Assembly: GCA_043228905.1 (NCBI GenBank)
Contig: JBHGNT010000014.1
Coordinates: forward strand, 20,770,001 to 20,834,000
Source: Azolla caroliniana
Taxonomy: Eukaryota; Plantae; Polypodiophyta
Length of the DNA: 64,000 nucleotides
Reading direction: 5' to 3'
A program made the position numbers and the translations under genes. The stretch's first letter is position 1; every line of letters starts with the position of its first letter. Below the pieces are notes generated by a model. It was not told where the DNA came from, ran no database searches, and was given only the letters and a program-made list of their open reading frames with translations. This document shows positions 28,885-42,913 of the stretch, one piece after another.

Positions 28885-29531
28885 TGTTGGGATTACGGTC
28901 CCTCCGGATGGGATGGTCGGATGTCCGGGAATCGGGATGAAGACCCGGTTCCGGAGCCGGATGATGAAGACCCGGTTCCGGATCCGAATGATGAAGACCC
29001 CGGCTACGGAGCCGGATGATGAAGACCCCGACTACGGAGCCGGATGATGAATGTACCCGGAGCGAGATCCGGATGCGGGGACATATTTGTGAATATGTTT
29101 GCCAAGGGCCCTTGAGGCTATATTTGTAAATAGCCCGAAAGTCATATGTGTATAAATATGACTTAGGGCAAACAGTTTTGTTGTTGTTGCTTATTTTTCT
29201 GTTTTCCACTTAGAGGGAGCGAAGTGAGAGCAGCCGAGAGAGAGAGAGTGAGAGAGAGAGAAAGGAAGAGGTCGACGCCTCTGTGTAATACCGCTGCCTG
29301 TGGCGAGGACAGTGAGCTCAAGGTCGTCGCCTTGCAGCTCGCCATTGTACATTCCCTGCGTATAGTGATAGTTGGAGTCTTGCACTCCCGTGGTTTTTCC
29401 CGTCTAGGGTTTTCCACGCTAAACCCTGTGCATTCGAGTCTCTCTCTGTGTTTTCGATTTACTGCTGCATTGACTCGTGTGTCCTCGGTTGTGGCCGAGA
29501 GGTGAAGGTTTGAAAGCGTCGATTTCTAACA
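28885..29531 (+). repeat. 3' LTR (647 bp)
   Basis: Direct repeat of the 5' LTR with one extra 28-bp internal repeat unit. Confidence 0.97.
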
Positions 29532-29759
29532 TTTTTGTAACTAAATGATGTCTTTTTAATATAAGAAAGAACTTCTTGTGCTACACTCGAAAATCATCCT
29601 CCACTCAAGAATGACTCCCTCTCCTTCTTCCTCTCACACATATATAACATAATCTTTCACAACTTAATCACACACGTGATTAAATATTCACATCATTAGG
29701 TACTAATTAACCCTTAGTTAATCATCTAATTATTAACATCAAAGAACATCGAAAGCAAG

Positions 29760-31622
29760 AAACAAGAATTCAAGCAAATGTTGGCAAAGGAAAAGTTTCA
29801 AAGTCAACAATTGTTGAGCTCATAAAAGGGATGAAGAATTTGCAGCTCAAATTCCTGAAGCTTGAGAAGGGTGAAAGCTCAAGTCTCAAGAAAATGCCCA
29901 ATGAGAAAAGATGGAATACATCCGCCAATGCATATAGTGCAATAGCACCAGACACTTAAAAAGGGATTGTCATAGTCATAAGGAGGCCTTGGAAAGAAAC
30001 ATTATCTTCTACCAGGCTGGGAGAATCCACTCTTTTGAGACCCCTTAAAGTCCAACTTCGGAAAAGGCTGCATGAAAAATTTACTAGAGGATGTAGCGTC
30101 GAAGAATATACGAGCTATGTATTTTTCGACTACCTATGAATTGAAAGTTGGTGATCCCCATATTAGATCGGGATTCTGGGGAAAAGTGATGAATTTGGCG
30201 AATGAAAAGAAATTTCAATCATGAGACTTATGAAAGGCCGACGATGAGATAAGGAGTAGTACTCCTAGGGCAAGTCCTATTTGGTAATCCAAGCGCAGTC
30301 ATGCATCACAACAATACGGATGGAGACTAAGGTGATTGACAATGGAGCGGCATTCGTTAAGATCTAGAGTCATGATGGGAAGAGGTCAGTACAGTTCCTT
30401 ACTATTCGACCGAATCATGAACAGAACAAGGAGCATCTTTGGGATCATCCACTACAAGAGGTGGAGAATTTCTTATAGGATTTTAGGGTTGTGATGGCCT
30501 GAGAGAGGTGAGAAGTCCCATTTGTAGATTTGAAGATAAAGGTGGAGTGTGTGTTGCATCAATAGATGGCACAACTATAGTAGAAAATATAATTGAAAAA
30601 TAGAAACGGACTTACAAAATAGAGGTATGATTAATACAAAGGAAAAATTAGTGCAAATAGTCCAAGCATATAGTCTTTAAGATATTTTAGGAGAATTCGA
30701 GTCTTTGACGATGGAGGAGAATGAAATTGAAGTTTATGTAAACTCCATTGAAATGTTCAAAGCTATAAAGGAGTATGCTCAGAGAGAAAAAGCTCAAGTA
30801 AGCACAAAGTATAAAAATGTGGAGAAAAAGGTCTAAACAACAACAACACCACTTCTAGAAGATTGTGAAAAGGTGATGAAGGAGGTGGTGACTGAGCCAA
30901 TGCTTTGATATTCAAAGAAAGTAGGGCACAAATTCAACGAAGAAACCATTCAAAATTTAGGATTAGAGAGGGTGACTTCTTATTGCCTACGAGAAGGAGC
31001 AAAATTCATGAAGATGTTAGGGCGACATGGCAAAGCATTTTCATTCAGTCCTGAAGAAATCAGATGTGTGGATCCGAAATTGGTTGAACCGATGGTCCTC
31101 TTCACGATCCCACACGTTCCATGGATTTTGAAACCGATTCTAGTGCCAAGAGAGAGGATCTCGCAACTTTACTCTGGCTACGATCAATTCCAACTTGTAG
31201 TCGGTAGCCGAGATATCACCTCCATCAGGAATCCTATCGGATAACTTTAGATGTGTACCTCACCTCAAGGTGTGACCAACTCGATCACTCACATGATGAA
31301 CAATGTGCACAAAGTTCTGCAAATTCCTCACATAACCATGCCTTTTTTGGATGATATACCCGTCAAAGGATGTGAGGAAAGAATGAAGAATGAAGAGTTG
31401 AATATTGTTGGATGTTGGAAGTTCGCAAGGGATCACATAGAAGATTGTGATAAAGTGCTTTCGAGACTAGAGGGGGTACACCGGACACTTTCAGCTCCAA
31501 AAGCAATGTTCGCCATTAAGACGAACATGGACTATCTAATTGGCGCAGAAGTGATTGTAGAGACAAATTGTTTACCAATTTTTGGATTTATCGTAAATTG
31601 CGATATTTTGATTTGGGACTAG
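29760..31622 (+). pseudogene. Highly degenerate Ty3/gypsy gag-pol remnant
   Basis: RT fragments YSGYDQFQL...RDITS, MCTSPQGVTNS and MPFLDDIPVKG. Upstream AFSFSPEEIRCVDPKLVEPMV.FTIPHVPW. Many internal deletions. Confidence 0.7.
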
Positions 31623-34600
31623 GACTCAGCCCCTTTGTGAGTCCTAGTTTAGTTTGGGATTGTGTGCTAGTTGGGACAGCCTAGGGACACCACATGTGCA
31701 ATCATACCAATGCCATTAAAGAATTATAGAAGTAACCTAATGTAAATATTGCGTGGTGAGATATAAGTAAACTTTGTAAATACTTTGCGAGAGTTAGAGA
31801 AGATTTAAGAAACTCTAGTTCTTGTTTGCATGAAAGAGAGTAAGGCATAATCATGCATACCATGCATGAGGCTTCTCCAAATCCTTAGCAAAAAAATGAA
31901 TGAATGAAATGGATCTATTACATCCAAAACAATGAAAACAAATACTATGAATAGAAGGTTCACTGAGCTTTTTAAATACCCTTCTTGTTAGAATACCACA
32001 ATCCAAGTTACAAGTTATCTCTACCTCATGTCATCAATGGCAATGCCTTGGACTTTTATATCCACAAAACCTAACAAGTATTCAACTTAGGAAGATACGT
32101 TCACCTAAGATGGTGCTTGATAAAGCTCACTTGGAATATGTGTATGTGATATCATTAATTTGTGTATGCATATTATGTATATGTGCATGTGCATGTGATA
32201 TTGTTAATTTGTGTGTGTGAATGTTACATTTTTTGAATGCTAATTAGCGTGTATGTGTATGTGCTTCCTAATTTTTTTGTGTTTTTATGCTTAATTGACC
32301 CTAATAGTATCCCTAAACCAATTTGTGTATCTGTGACTATTTTTCGATTGTGTATGCATGTATGCTCATTTCTGAACCCTAATCCTAGCCTTTGGCATAG
32401 CTGTAGTACTCAACGTCACTCAAGTACTTTTCTTTGGTGGTGGGAGAAAGGGAGAAAAGGTCAATATTTGAAATGGAGGATTATGAATCCCTTTTGCATA
32501 TACTTTTTTTTTTTAATTGTGTTGTTATGCAACACATTTGTTAGGGATGTCATTATGCGAGACATTGAAAACATCATTTAGTGGTGCATTCTAGTACGGA
32601 AAGATCACAAAAACTCTACATGTGTCACGGTTCGCAATGCATCCTTTAAGCATTACTTTGCGACATTTTAGCAAAAAGGGGGGCATCACTAACACCCCAT
32701 TCTATTGTAGCATATGAGAGCGGAGGGAAATTCATGATATTATATCCACTACCACCCATCTATGTTGGGGATTAATCACGTGATCTCTTGTAATCAAGGA
32801 ATGATGACACCAAGACAAGCGCCCTTAAACCTTGAAGGCTAAAATGTTCATCTAAACATGTTGGATATTGACCACTTTTAGGTTGCCTCCACAACACCTA
32901 CCATATGCACTTGCTTGTTGAATCTTAGCTTTGCTTCTAAATCCCTTGACATTGCAAAATTTAATATTTATCCTTTGATGTTTCTTATAGTTTTGGATCT
33001 AGTGATCTGTTGTTAACAATTCTATAGAGCATAATTGATTTAATATATTACTCTTTTTAGGATTTTTTTAATTTTTTTTTCGGGTTATGAAATACGCCAT
33101 TTGCATTTGTCAATGTTGCTAAATACATTTTAAGTGATTGTTGTTCTATTGTTATCCATGTTTACATATGGTTTTGATAATTGCTATTGTTCAACCAAAA
33201 CACAAATTGATTTTCTTTGCATTGTTCCATTATGCACAAATTGAAATGAAGAGTGGCATATTTACCAACAAATACTAATTAAACACAAGCCTACATAACA
33301 TGTCATGGCATTCCATCTTCAAGCTCAGTACAAGCTTCTGTCTAGACACACATAATAATCCAATCCATCATGAACCACACCTTTTGCAATGTTTTTTAAA
33401 CGGTGGTGGACTTTCTTTCATGGAGTACTATTGATCAACAACTATGACCTTAAAGACAAGCTTACATAACATGCCACAACCTTCTATCTTTAAGCTCACT
33501 AAAAGCTTCCTCTCTAGACACAGGTAATCCCACCATCTAAATTTTAGGATATATAAATGTTATTATCCTCCATCATCAACCTATAGGACCAAAATTAACC
33601 ATTTCCACGAAAAATGTACCATGCGTGGAGTTGTCAATGTCTCACAATGTTTGAGAGATTGACTAAAGAAGGTTGCAATGTATGAGAGAAAAACTTCTAT
33701 GCGATGAAAGGTTGCACATAGTAATCCTAAAGTGTTGTACTTCAATTCACAAACATTTTCAAGACACGATATGTAGTTAATGAACCTCATTGCTTGTGTC
33801 CTATTGGCCCATCTCATATTGAATTAAGAGAATATGAAAACATTGTATAAGTGTAGTTTGCTTATTTGGAGGGGAAGAGGTTTTGTAGTTTGATATGAGG
33901 GTTGAGGCCTATTTATCTCTTCAAAAGGAGAGATACATTAATTTTGAAGGAACTTTAATGCATATTGTCTTCTAAACAATTTCTTGATATCTTGCCTTCA
34001 TTTGAAACTCAAAATGTTTGCCTTCTTCATTGCCAACTTTGAATGTCGCCTACACCCTTTGTCCAATTCCAGGTTTTCCTTCTGTTGTGAGAAATTATTT
34101 GGTTGGTGTTGATATTTAGTGAGGGACTCAAACCTATACATATCATTGACTGCATACACATTTGTGGTTGAGGAGACCTTTGACAAGCTACATACTATTA
34201 TCGTGAGAATCGAGAGACATGTGAGAAAGTTGTAGTGGAACCACAACAGCCCTAAACCCGAGGAAGTTGAGTTTGTCACCTTTGCCGATGTAGACCTAAG
34301 AGAGTCTAGTGTGTTAATTGTCATGTATTGTCAAGATTGTTCCCTCTCTTCAGTTCATACGACCACTTGATCACTACCTAGTTCTTGAACTTATTTTTCT
34401 TCACATGTGATTAATCTACGTGAGTGTGAGTGTACGTGTAAATAGCTTTCATGTTCTATATGTGTGTAATGTTTTTTTGCATGTACATGTATATAAGTGT
34501 GTGAGTTGTATGTAATGCACAAATATGTATGAATAAGTATGTGGGTGTAATGGTGTGCTAAATTTGGTGGGTGTGTTTCTAAGTACTTTTACGTGCATGT

Positions 34601-34959
34601 GTTTTTGAGTGAGTGAGTGTGTTTGTGTGTGTGAATGGGTATAAATGTAGAATTGCATACATGACAATTTTTTTCTTTATGTGCAAATCTTTGCTTGTGG
34701 TTTATATGCTTGCACACACTTTTTACATATATTTATGTGTGTCCGTTTTCTTTGATATTATAGGGGGAGGGAGTAGTGTGTATGTATGTACATGTGTGTT
34801 TTGAGTGTGAAAACAAACACATTAAAGGGAGTGCCACCCTTATGTTTGAGTAGCCAAACCTTAGTTGGGCCTATGTTTGAGTAGTGGAAGGAAGGTTACA
34901 AGGAGGCTCAACGTTGACCGCCTCATCTGCAACAAGAAGAAACAGACGATTGGGCATGC

Positions 34960-34995
<36 letters not shown>

Positions 34996-35663
34996 GTTCA
35001 CACAATGCCCACAAGTTTAATGGGATAGGAGGACTCCATGAATTCTATTGTGGTGGTGACCAACATATAGCCACCAACAATATGTCATTTTACTTGCCAA
35101 ACGATTGTGGCTCAAGCCAAACTGTTACCCAATTAAATGACGAGACATAGGAGGACAAGCTCAAGAAATTAAAGTAAGAAATGAACGGCATTTGTGAAGA
35201 GCAAGGATGAAGTTCTTCTAGTGGTGCGTGCGCGCACTCGTTTGTGTTTCTTTTTTTGTTTTTTCCACGCACCCGTGACCCATAAAACGATTGGCAGACA
35301 GACACGTAACTTAAGATAAAGATAAAGAGAGAACCCTACCCCCACCCCCACCCCTCTTAACTTTGCTGACTTCACTAGTTTTGACATCCAATGGGCGCCT
35401 GCCTTTTCCCTTTCCCTTTCCTGGGGGCGGTAATATGCATATGCATATATATATATGCATAGACAGGGGGCGGAAAAGTGCTTCTTCAATACATACATAC
35501 ATACATACATACATATTTAATAGCTTACTTTCTTTAAACACCAAAATTTAGAAATGCTCAATTGCTGTGCAAGTATGTAAATCAATTATCAAACTACTAC
35601 TCCTATCTATCTGGTTTGGTTCTGTTGTTCAGGCGATGCAAACAAAACAGAGTTACAGCAGCC

Positions 35664-36470
35664 ATGAAACAAGAGCAAGATGATGACGGGCCTGAATTCT
35701 GGTGCAATGGCCATTACTTCACACATTCCTTGCGCGGCGCTTCTTCCTCTAATCCGTTTTTCTCTGCCTCTGCCTCTGCCGGTGCCGGTGCCGGTGCTGC
35801 GAAGAAGAATCCCACAGATGTGGTTGTAAATGCCATAAATCCGAGTTGCTCGGATATAATTACTTATTCTGCAAAAGATGCCATGAAACCTATCAAAGCT
35901 ACAGACCCCGTAAACTCTCCTTCCGCTGCTTCAAATGATGTGACAAGTGCCGTGGCTTCTTTTTCTCGCACTTCCAACCCTTCTTCTACCAGCAGCCATA
36001 TCCAGGATGCTATAACTATGGAAACTCCTGCAACCTCGAGCTCCTCTTCCAGTGCTATAGACGATCTTCCGATTCGTGTGACAGCGTCTTCCTTTGATTC
36101 AGAGAATCGTATAAATCGAAACACCCCTTTTACCTCCTCCTCTTCTGGTGCTATGAGTGGGAAGGCTTCACGTAGCCGAAGCGGTGGAGGAGGTGAGGAG
36201 GAAGAGAAGGATGGAATGGAAAAGAGGCAGCGGAAGTTCCCATATCGAGGTATACGAGTGAGGCCATGGGGGAAGTTTGCGGCGGAGATTCGGGACCCAC
36301 GCAAGGGCGTCCGCCTATGGCTCGGCACTTTCGACACCGCCGAGGGTGCCGCCCGCGCCTATGACATAGCTGCCCTCTCCATTAGGGGCCCAAAAGCCAA
36401 GCTAAACTTCGCCTCTCCCACCACCCACACAACTTCTTCTTCTTGCTCACAACAAACAACATCATCATGA
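35664..36470 (+). CDS. AP2/ERF transcription factor (ERF subfamily; domain resembles group VII)
   Basis: Single AP2 domain [56 protein letters not shown] with ERF-type A14/D19, after a Ser-rich N-terminal region. The start codon is uncertain because a probable intron lies at 35174-35632. Confidence 0.9.
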   Translation: MKQEQDDDGPEFWCNGHYFTHSLRGASSSNPFFSASASAGAGAGAAKKNPTDVVVNAINPSCSDIITYSAKDAMKPIKATDPVNSPSAASNDVTSAVASFSRTSNPSSTSSHIQDAITMETPATSSSSSSAIDDLPIRVTASSFDSENRINRNTPFTSSSSGAMSGKASRSRSGGGGEEEEKDGMEKRQRKFPYRGIRVRPWGKFAAEIRDPRKGVRLWLGTFDTAEGAARAYDIAALSIRGPKAKLNFASPTTHTTSSSCSQQTTSS

Positions 36471-37845
36471 TTCATTCCAAGGCCAATGCATTTGCATTAC
36501 CTGACCTACTCTCATATTTTCAACCCCCCCAAACGTTTCCCAATGATGGATCATCATGTCCCAGCCCTAGGAACTTTCTAGGTTAATTAACTCATCCCAC
36601 CTCTTCTAACGATATAGTATATTATCAACCCTTTGGCATTTTGTAAAATCCTGGATGGAAAGGTTGATTGAATACAGTCTGGAATATCCAAATACATCTT
36701 CATTGTATTCTCCTTTGGGCTACACGTTAACATTAAAAAATCATCAAGTGTGTTATATGTATTTAAGGTTTTTATGCATCGCCATGAACATGAAACAATA
36801 ATCTTTGTAAATTTACATGTACTTAAGTTTCTTATACACCATAATACAACTCATTAGCCACTTGTGGCACGAGATTTCGCTAGCCCACATACCAGCCCTA
36901 TATTTCGTCGTGTCATCGCTTTGGACAATGATCACATTATTTCCATTGAATTTCAGCCCTTTACATAATGGAGGTTGGAAAGTAAACAAATGACTTTTAT
37001 AAACCCTTCTTGAAAATTTAACATCAAATAGGTCTATTAAAAACCGCTACTTTTAGATATCCAATGTTACATCAATATGTGGGACAAACCACCACCATGT
37101 TTGGAATTTACAAAATCAGAAATTCTCCACAAAACCACCAGTATATATTGAGAGAGAATATAGAGTGTTTGGTGTTCTTTCGTCAACAACAAAGACTAGT
37201 TGGTAATCATTCAACAATTAAGAATTTAGCTGCAGCCTGCACAGAAAATATAGTATAGTATAGAGTATTTGGTGCACTTTTATCAACAAAAAAGACATAG
37301 TAATACTTAAAGAAATCAAGAATTTAGCTGTGCACCACAATGAGACAAGGAACATCAGTGTTGAGACTGCACTTATGGCCCTAAAAAAGGTTTTGATTTT
37401 TCCTACAGTTGCCTAAGCAGACATGCTATATGAAATTAGCTCTACTTCATCAAATCATTAAAAAATATACCCATGAATAAAACTAGTAGAATCCTCAAGA
37501 TCCTCTTAAGTCCAAATGTGGACTCTGCAAATTCGCATCCACATACAGGTAATAGAAAACACGCAGAAAGTAATTTGCATAAGATGATGGATTTATGATG
37601 GCTCGACTTCATTCATTAACATTTTAAAATACATCTACTGCAATGATAAGCTTGTCAGTAACTCAAAATGAAACAAATTCTGTAAAAGTGTTCATAAGAT
37701 CACCAATGCCAAGAAAATATTGGCTTATATCTCAAAAGTGATAACTCAAATAATCAGAAGAAAATTGTGCCCCTCAGAACCTGTTTGAGGCAATGAACCC
37801 AGTTGTAACTTGGTTGCATTGAAATTAATAATAAAAGTAATACCC

Positions 37846-40800
37846 TCAATAACTCCTACCCCACAGTGCCCAGCGTTTCGCCGGTTTTCCAGAAGCGAAG
37901 CACAAGGTACCTGAAGTAAAGACAATGTGCTCCAAATTTATTTGTATGTCTTATAAGGGTCCAAAAAGAAAATTTAACTATCAAATAGTAAGTAAAATGC
38001 TGAAATATTTTAGGGATGAAGCAAAAGTTAAACTGCACAAAAGTAATGATGAAAATGCCGAATATATAATAAAAGCTTAAAAGGGGCAAAATACTGACAA
38101 ACAATCTGAAGTTATCTTGGATTAATGCACTCATAGAAGGTAATGGCAATAAATGGAAATTTTACTTGGATTTTAAGAGCTCGAAATTTTGAAATAGTGA
38201 GGAAATTTTGAAATTAGACTAAATAGTGAGGAAATTTTGAAATTTTGTTTGAGATTTGAGTGGGATGAAGGATTCCATAATTGAAATTTTGTTTGAGATT
38301 TGAGTAATTGCAATAAAACAATGAAAAAAGACACAATTTACTTTTAAGAACTCAATATAATAACTGCACTAAAATAGCAAACAAAATAATTACCCTCAGG
38401 GAGTTCAGGCTGATCATATGGCATGCATAATGTCTTTGCAGCTCCTGCATCTCCTCTTGTTCGTGCCTTCACATCCTCTTCAGCATCCTACAATTCCAAC
38501 AATACTTCTCATGTCTTTTCATGGTTTAGCCCAAAATTTAGAGTAAAGATTTCATTAAAAGTTTCCCATACCACTTCATCACACCAGGGGGCCAAAACCA
38601 TCTTCTTATCATTCAGTGCTAGGATAAACTCGTCCCATGTCAATACTTTTTTTATACATTCATCCCTTTCTTTCTTGGCCTTCTGAAAGAGGCTCTTCTG
38701 AATATCATCCAGCAATTCCAAAGCTCTTGTCGCTACATCTTGTACAGGCACATCCTCTTTCTCAAAATTATCTCTTCGAACCATTCTCACCTGAACACAC
38801 ACTTTTTTAGTCACGAATTGACTAGTTCATATTTCCAAAATATTTTTTTTGTCACAAATTGACTCGAACCATCTAATAATAGGTAAAATTATTATTATGT
38901 CACTATAAGGTACAATAATTCCACAGACAAAAGAGGGGAAAATAATTCATTTCTGATCATTTAAAGAGTAACTACGCATATTTTTTAGTTTACAGGGTTA
39001 AAATTCAAATGAACGTTAACCTATCTTATTAGCTACACATTGATCATTATTTATTTCTCAGAATGTTGCATCTTATAGCTTGTTGAATTCTGATGATTCG
39101 TTGCTAAGCATAATATCGTAATTATTACGTGATTATAAAAATTAGTTTTCCAGTCAGATATCAGGGATCAATATTTCTTTTGTGCGGCATTTTGCAAACT
39201 TTCCCTATTAAATTATCATCTAAAATACTCTAGCACTACAGGAATTTGATAGATTTGTCACATTTTAGATGTTCTGGTAAACTAACGTGGCATTTGCTCA
39301 TAATAATCATATGCCACCCATACCTGATTCTTTTCAACATCTTTGGGACCAATCTCAATTCGAAGAGGAACTCCTTTTAGTTCCCAATCGGAATATTTCC
39401 ACCCTGGTGGATAATTGTCTCGTGTATCTTCCTTAACTCGTAAACCTGAAGCCTCTAGTGTTTCTGCTACTTTGCGGCAAGCATTCAACATTGCAGTGGA
39501 ATCTACATCCTTGTATGGAACTGGTATGATAACCACCTGTGTTGTTGCCACTCGAGGAGGCAAAACCAAACCTTTCTCATCTCCATGAATCATCACCATT
39601 ACACCAATCTAGCAATGAGGAAAAAAGTACAATTACAAATACATACTCCACAATAGAAATAAGAACATGTGGAAGTTTTTTCTTGGAAGAAAAGCCTTAC
39701 CACTCGAGTTGTGAAGCCCCACGAATTCTGCCAAACCATTGATTTTTCACCTTTATCATCTTCGAACTTGATTTCAAACATTTTGGAGAAATTCTGGCCA
39801 AGGCAATGAGAGGTTGCTCCTTGAATACCACGGCCTGTGGTTGGAATAAAGGCCTGCGTAAATTACTATATCATTTGAGCACTTAACTCTGCAATCAAAG
39901 AGGAGACCAGAAAAAGAATTATTCACAATAGATACCTCCACTGTAGTAGTGTAAAGACCACCAGCAAACTTCTCAAGTTCACTCTTGACCCCTTTGATAA
40001 CTGGTACAGCCAAATAATCTTCATATACTCTTCTATAAAGTTCGAGTATAGTTTGGACCTTCGAAAACAAGGCATTGCAAAATCATGAGCATTTTCGAAA
40101 ACATTTATATGTCTCGACATTGCATGCTAATTTATATTATTAAGTAGGCATCGCTCATAAAATTATGACAATGTGAGTTTATTCTCCATAACGGAAAAGT
40201 TGTGTGCATTTTTCTAAATAATGCCCAAACAGAAAAAAAATTTATTTAAAAAGGGCATTCCCTTTGCACTGTTTCAGAGGCAATTCCAACATTGCAAGAG
40301 GTATTCAGGGCCAGGACACTCAGATATGTCATTTCTGGCCCAAATCTACACATGCACAAACAAGCATATTTTATTATCAAACATATACCTCTGCATCTGC
40401 CTCTGGCTTCGTTGCAAATGCTGTGTGCCCCTCTTGCCATAGAAATTCACGACTCCTAAAGATATGCAACCACTGATAAACATATGAAAATAGATTTGGA
40501 AGACAACTTGATAATATCTAATCGTGGGTTTCCCACAATAAAAGCCAAATGCTCTAGATAAATTTTACTAGCGCATTAACCACCATGTTGAAAGATAGCG
40601 TACATTACCCAGATGACATACATAAGACATAGTGCTATAGGAGCTCAATATATTACACTGCTTCAAATTTATAGATATCCACATCAAACCTTATAAATGG
40701 AGTTGGATGCTTGAATTCCCAACGCACAACATTGCACCACTGATTTAAACGCAGAGGAAGATCTCTATGCCCCCTGATCCATTTTGCAAAGAATGGATAC

Positions 40801-42913
40801 ATCACAGTTTCACTAGTGGGCCGAATCGCAATCGGTGCTTCTAGTTCAGTGTTTCCAGACTTTGTGACCCACGCAACCTGAGAGAGAAAAACAAAAGGTG
40901 ATCCATGAGTAGAAACAATGGTATCTCTAACCTTCAGGAATCTGGCTGGGAAACAGCTTAGCAGGCTCAGATGCTAATAAAAGAAAGAGTGCAAATAGAA
41001 AAATGTATACATTTAGCCATGCAAATTTCAGACATCTTCCACAAAAATCTACATCCTTTGAGATCATGAATTTTCTCTCTTTGAGCAGAATGGCGGAAAA
41101 ATTATGATGACTGCTCTCAACATCATTAGATCGATTATAGATAAGTTTGGTCTTGACAAATGAACTGTTACATGATGTGAACATTTTGGGGAAACTCATA
41201 TAGCCAATTCACAACAAATAAAACCGAAATGATGTAAGAGAATATAGATGTTATATATGCTCTCTTTGTTTCATACATACCTCTGGTGCAAACCCTTCAA
41301 TATGGTCTTTCTCTTTTGTCAATGCTGCTTCTGAAATGAATAGCGGAAAATAAGCATTCTGAATCCCTATCTTTTTAATTTCCGAATCAAAGAAATCCTG
41401 TTAAGCGGAAGGAGTGGCTCAAAATAGGGTCCATTGTGAAGGCATTGCTATTAAAATCACTGAATCTTTGTTCAAATTATAAACACTATTTCTTTACACA
41501 TACATTAATTTGTTGTTTCTTGAAGATTTAAGATTTGCACTAGATTATCAGAACATAAAATGTTTGGAAACCTTTAAGATCTCCCATATTGCATATGACC
41601 AAGGTCGTAGAATGTAGCATCCTGACACATCATAGTATTCGATCATTCCACTCTTAGTAAGAACCTACAGATTATTAAGAAGAATAAAAAAATAGGTAAA
41701 CAGACAATGAATTGTTAGTTCACATGTTAAAAGTGCATGAATTGAGACAGGAAATTTTCCAATGAAAATCCAATGCCTTATATAGAGAGAATAGGACTCA
41801 CGAGCAAATAAAGGAAAACGATCTCTAGCACAAACTGAAGAGCGCTCACACATGAATATAGATCATGTATGCTCATCTATGGTATATGATATTGGCATGC
41901 TGAGTCAATTCTTACAAACTCTATCTTCATGCTATAAGTAAGTTACTGACAGACTCAACAAAATTACTCATCTGAGCTATTGTACTAGCAAGTTGGATGA
42001 TTCCTTTCAAAATTTATCTCAATGTTTCGTACACATGAGGAAAGACTAGGTGGCAGGTAGTTGAAACTGAAGTTTGAGATAATATATTCTATTACCATGC
42101 TGGATCATCTCATCCATAATGGATACCTTGATCTTTCAAATACATCGGGAATGACATAATAATACCTTCTGGTACCATATTTCTTTCAAAATCCATCTTG
42201 ATCTTTAAAACATGTTAAGAAAGAAACTGTGTAGGTATCCATCCAATTGATCTATTACATCAGCAAGTTCAGTCATTTCTTCATAAATCCATTGCAACCT
42301 TTAAGATACATCAAGTTACAACCAAGTTATTCAAATTTTCTATATTATTAAGCTATTCAGATCACTCCTTCCAATAAAAATCTCAATGTTCAGAATATGC
42401 AGAGAAATATCCATCCACAATGAAGATACTTGTCTGAGCTATGTTCTTTATGGGTTGGATCAAATTTCCACACTCCATCTCTCTGTCTCAAATACATTAA
42501 AAACAAAATCTGTCATGCCTCCTAGAGCAAACTTCTTCTAAAATCCATGCCAATCTTCCAGACACCTTAAAAAAAAATCACTGACATTACCTCCTGATAC
42601 CAGTTACCGAATGATTCTTCATTTTTCTTCTCTGACAAGCCAAGCTTTGTTTCTTTCTTTACTTCTTTTCCTACACAAGCATTCATCTACGAAATCCATG
42701 AAGTGCGGCAACAAGATAAGAAGTGAAAGAAGAAGGACGAAAATCTTGAGGGAAGGAAGAATTGTGCTCACCTCCGTGGGCAACTTCTTTCTTCTCTTTC
42801 GGAGGTTTCTTAGGTTTCTCGGGTTTCTTCGGTTTCTCGGTCTTGTTAGCCTCTGCACTCAGAGCCACGCCATTTAACACGGAGGCCAGGTCAGCGTCGG
42901 AAGAGCTGCTCAT
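37846..42913 (-). CDS. Cytosolic (eukaryote/archaeal-type) prolyl-tRNA synthetase, 12 exons, ~541 aa
   Basis: Exons 42913-42772, 42670-42591, 41664-41572, 41397-41281, 40877-40690, 40455-40389, 40058-39936, 39853-39701, 39608-39324, 38790-38572, 38487-38394, 37910-37846, all GT-AG and in phase. Motifs [61 protein letters not shown]-terminal GRSY*. Confidence 0.96.

Larger units (their letters stand above)
24154..29531 (+). mobile_element. Full-length, young Ty1/copia retrotransposon (Tork/Tnt1-like) with three disabling mutations
   Basis: LTRs at 24154-24770 and 28885-29531, TSD TTTTT on both sides, iMet PBS tggtatcagagc at 24774, PPT gaagtgaagggggag before 28885, gag-pol at 24802-28874. Confidence 0.97.
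23899..29738 (+). repeat. Older LTR (23899-24153 plus 29532-29738) split by the nested copia insertion
   Basis: PPT-like ttgaggggtg precedes TGTTGAGATATC at 23899. The sequence resumes after the TTTTT TSD and ends ...TATTAACA at 29738. Confidence 0.6.

Noticed and set aside
33560-34350. Possible CACTA transposase (DUF4216-like) remnant on the minus strand
   Set aside because: Only faint similarity (LENVCELKY), too decayed to support without a profile search.
37150-38310. Small local duplications (37158-37331 and 38190-38305)
   Set aside because: Ordinary short slippage-type duplications in intergenic or intron DNA with no further structure.
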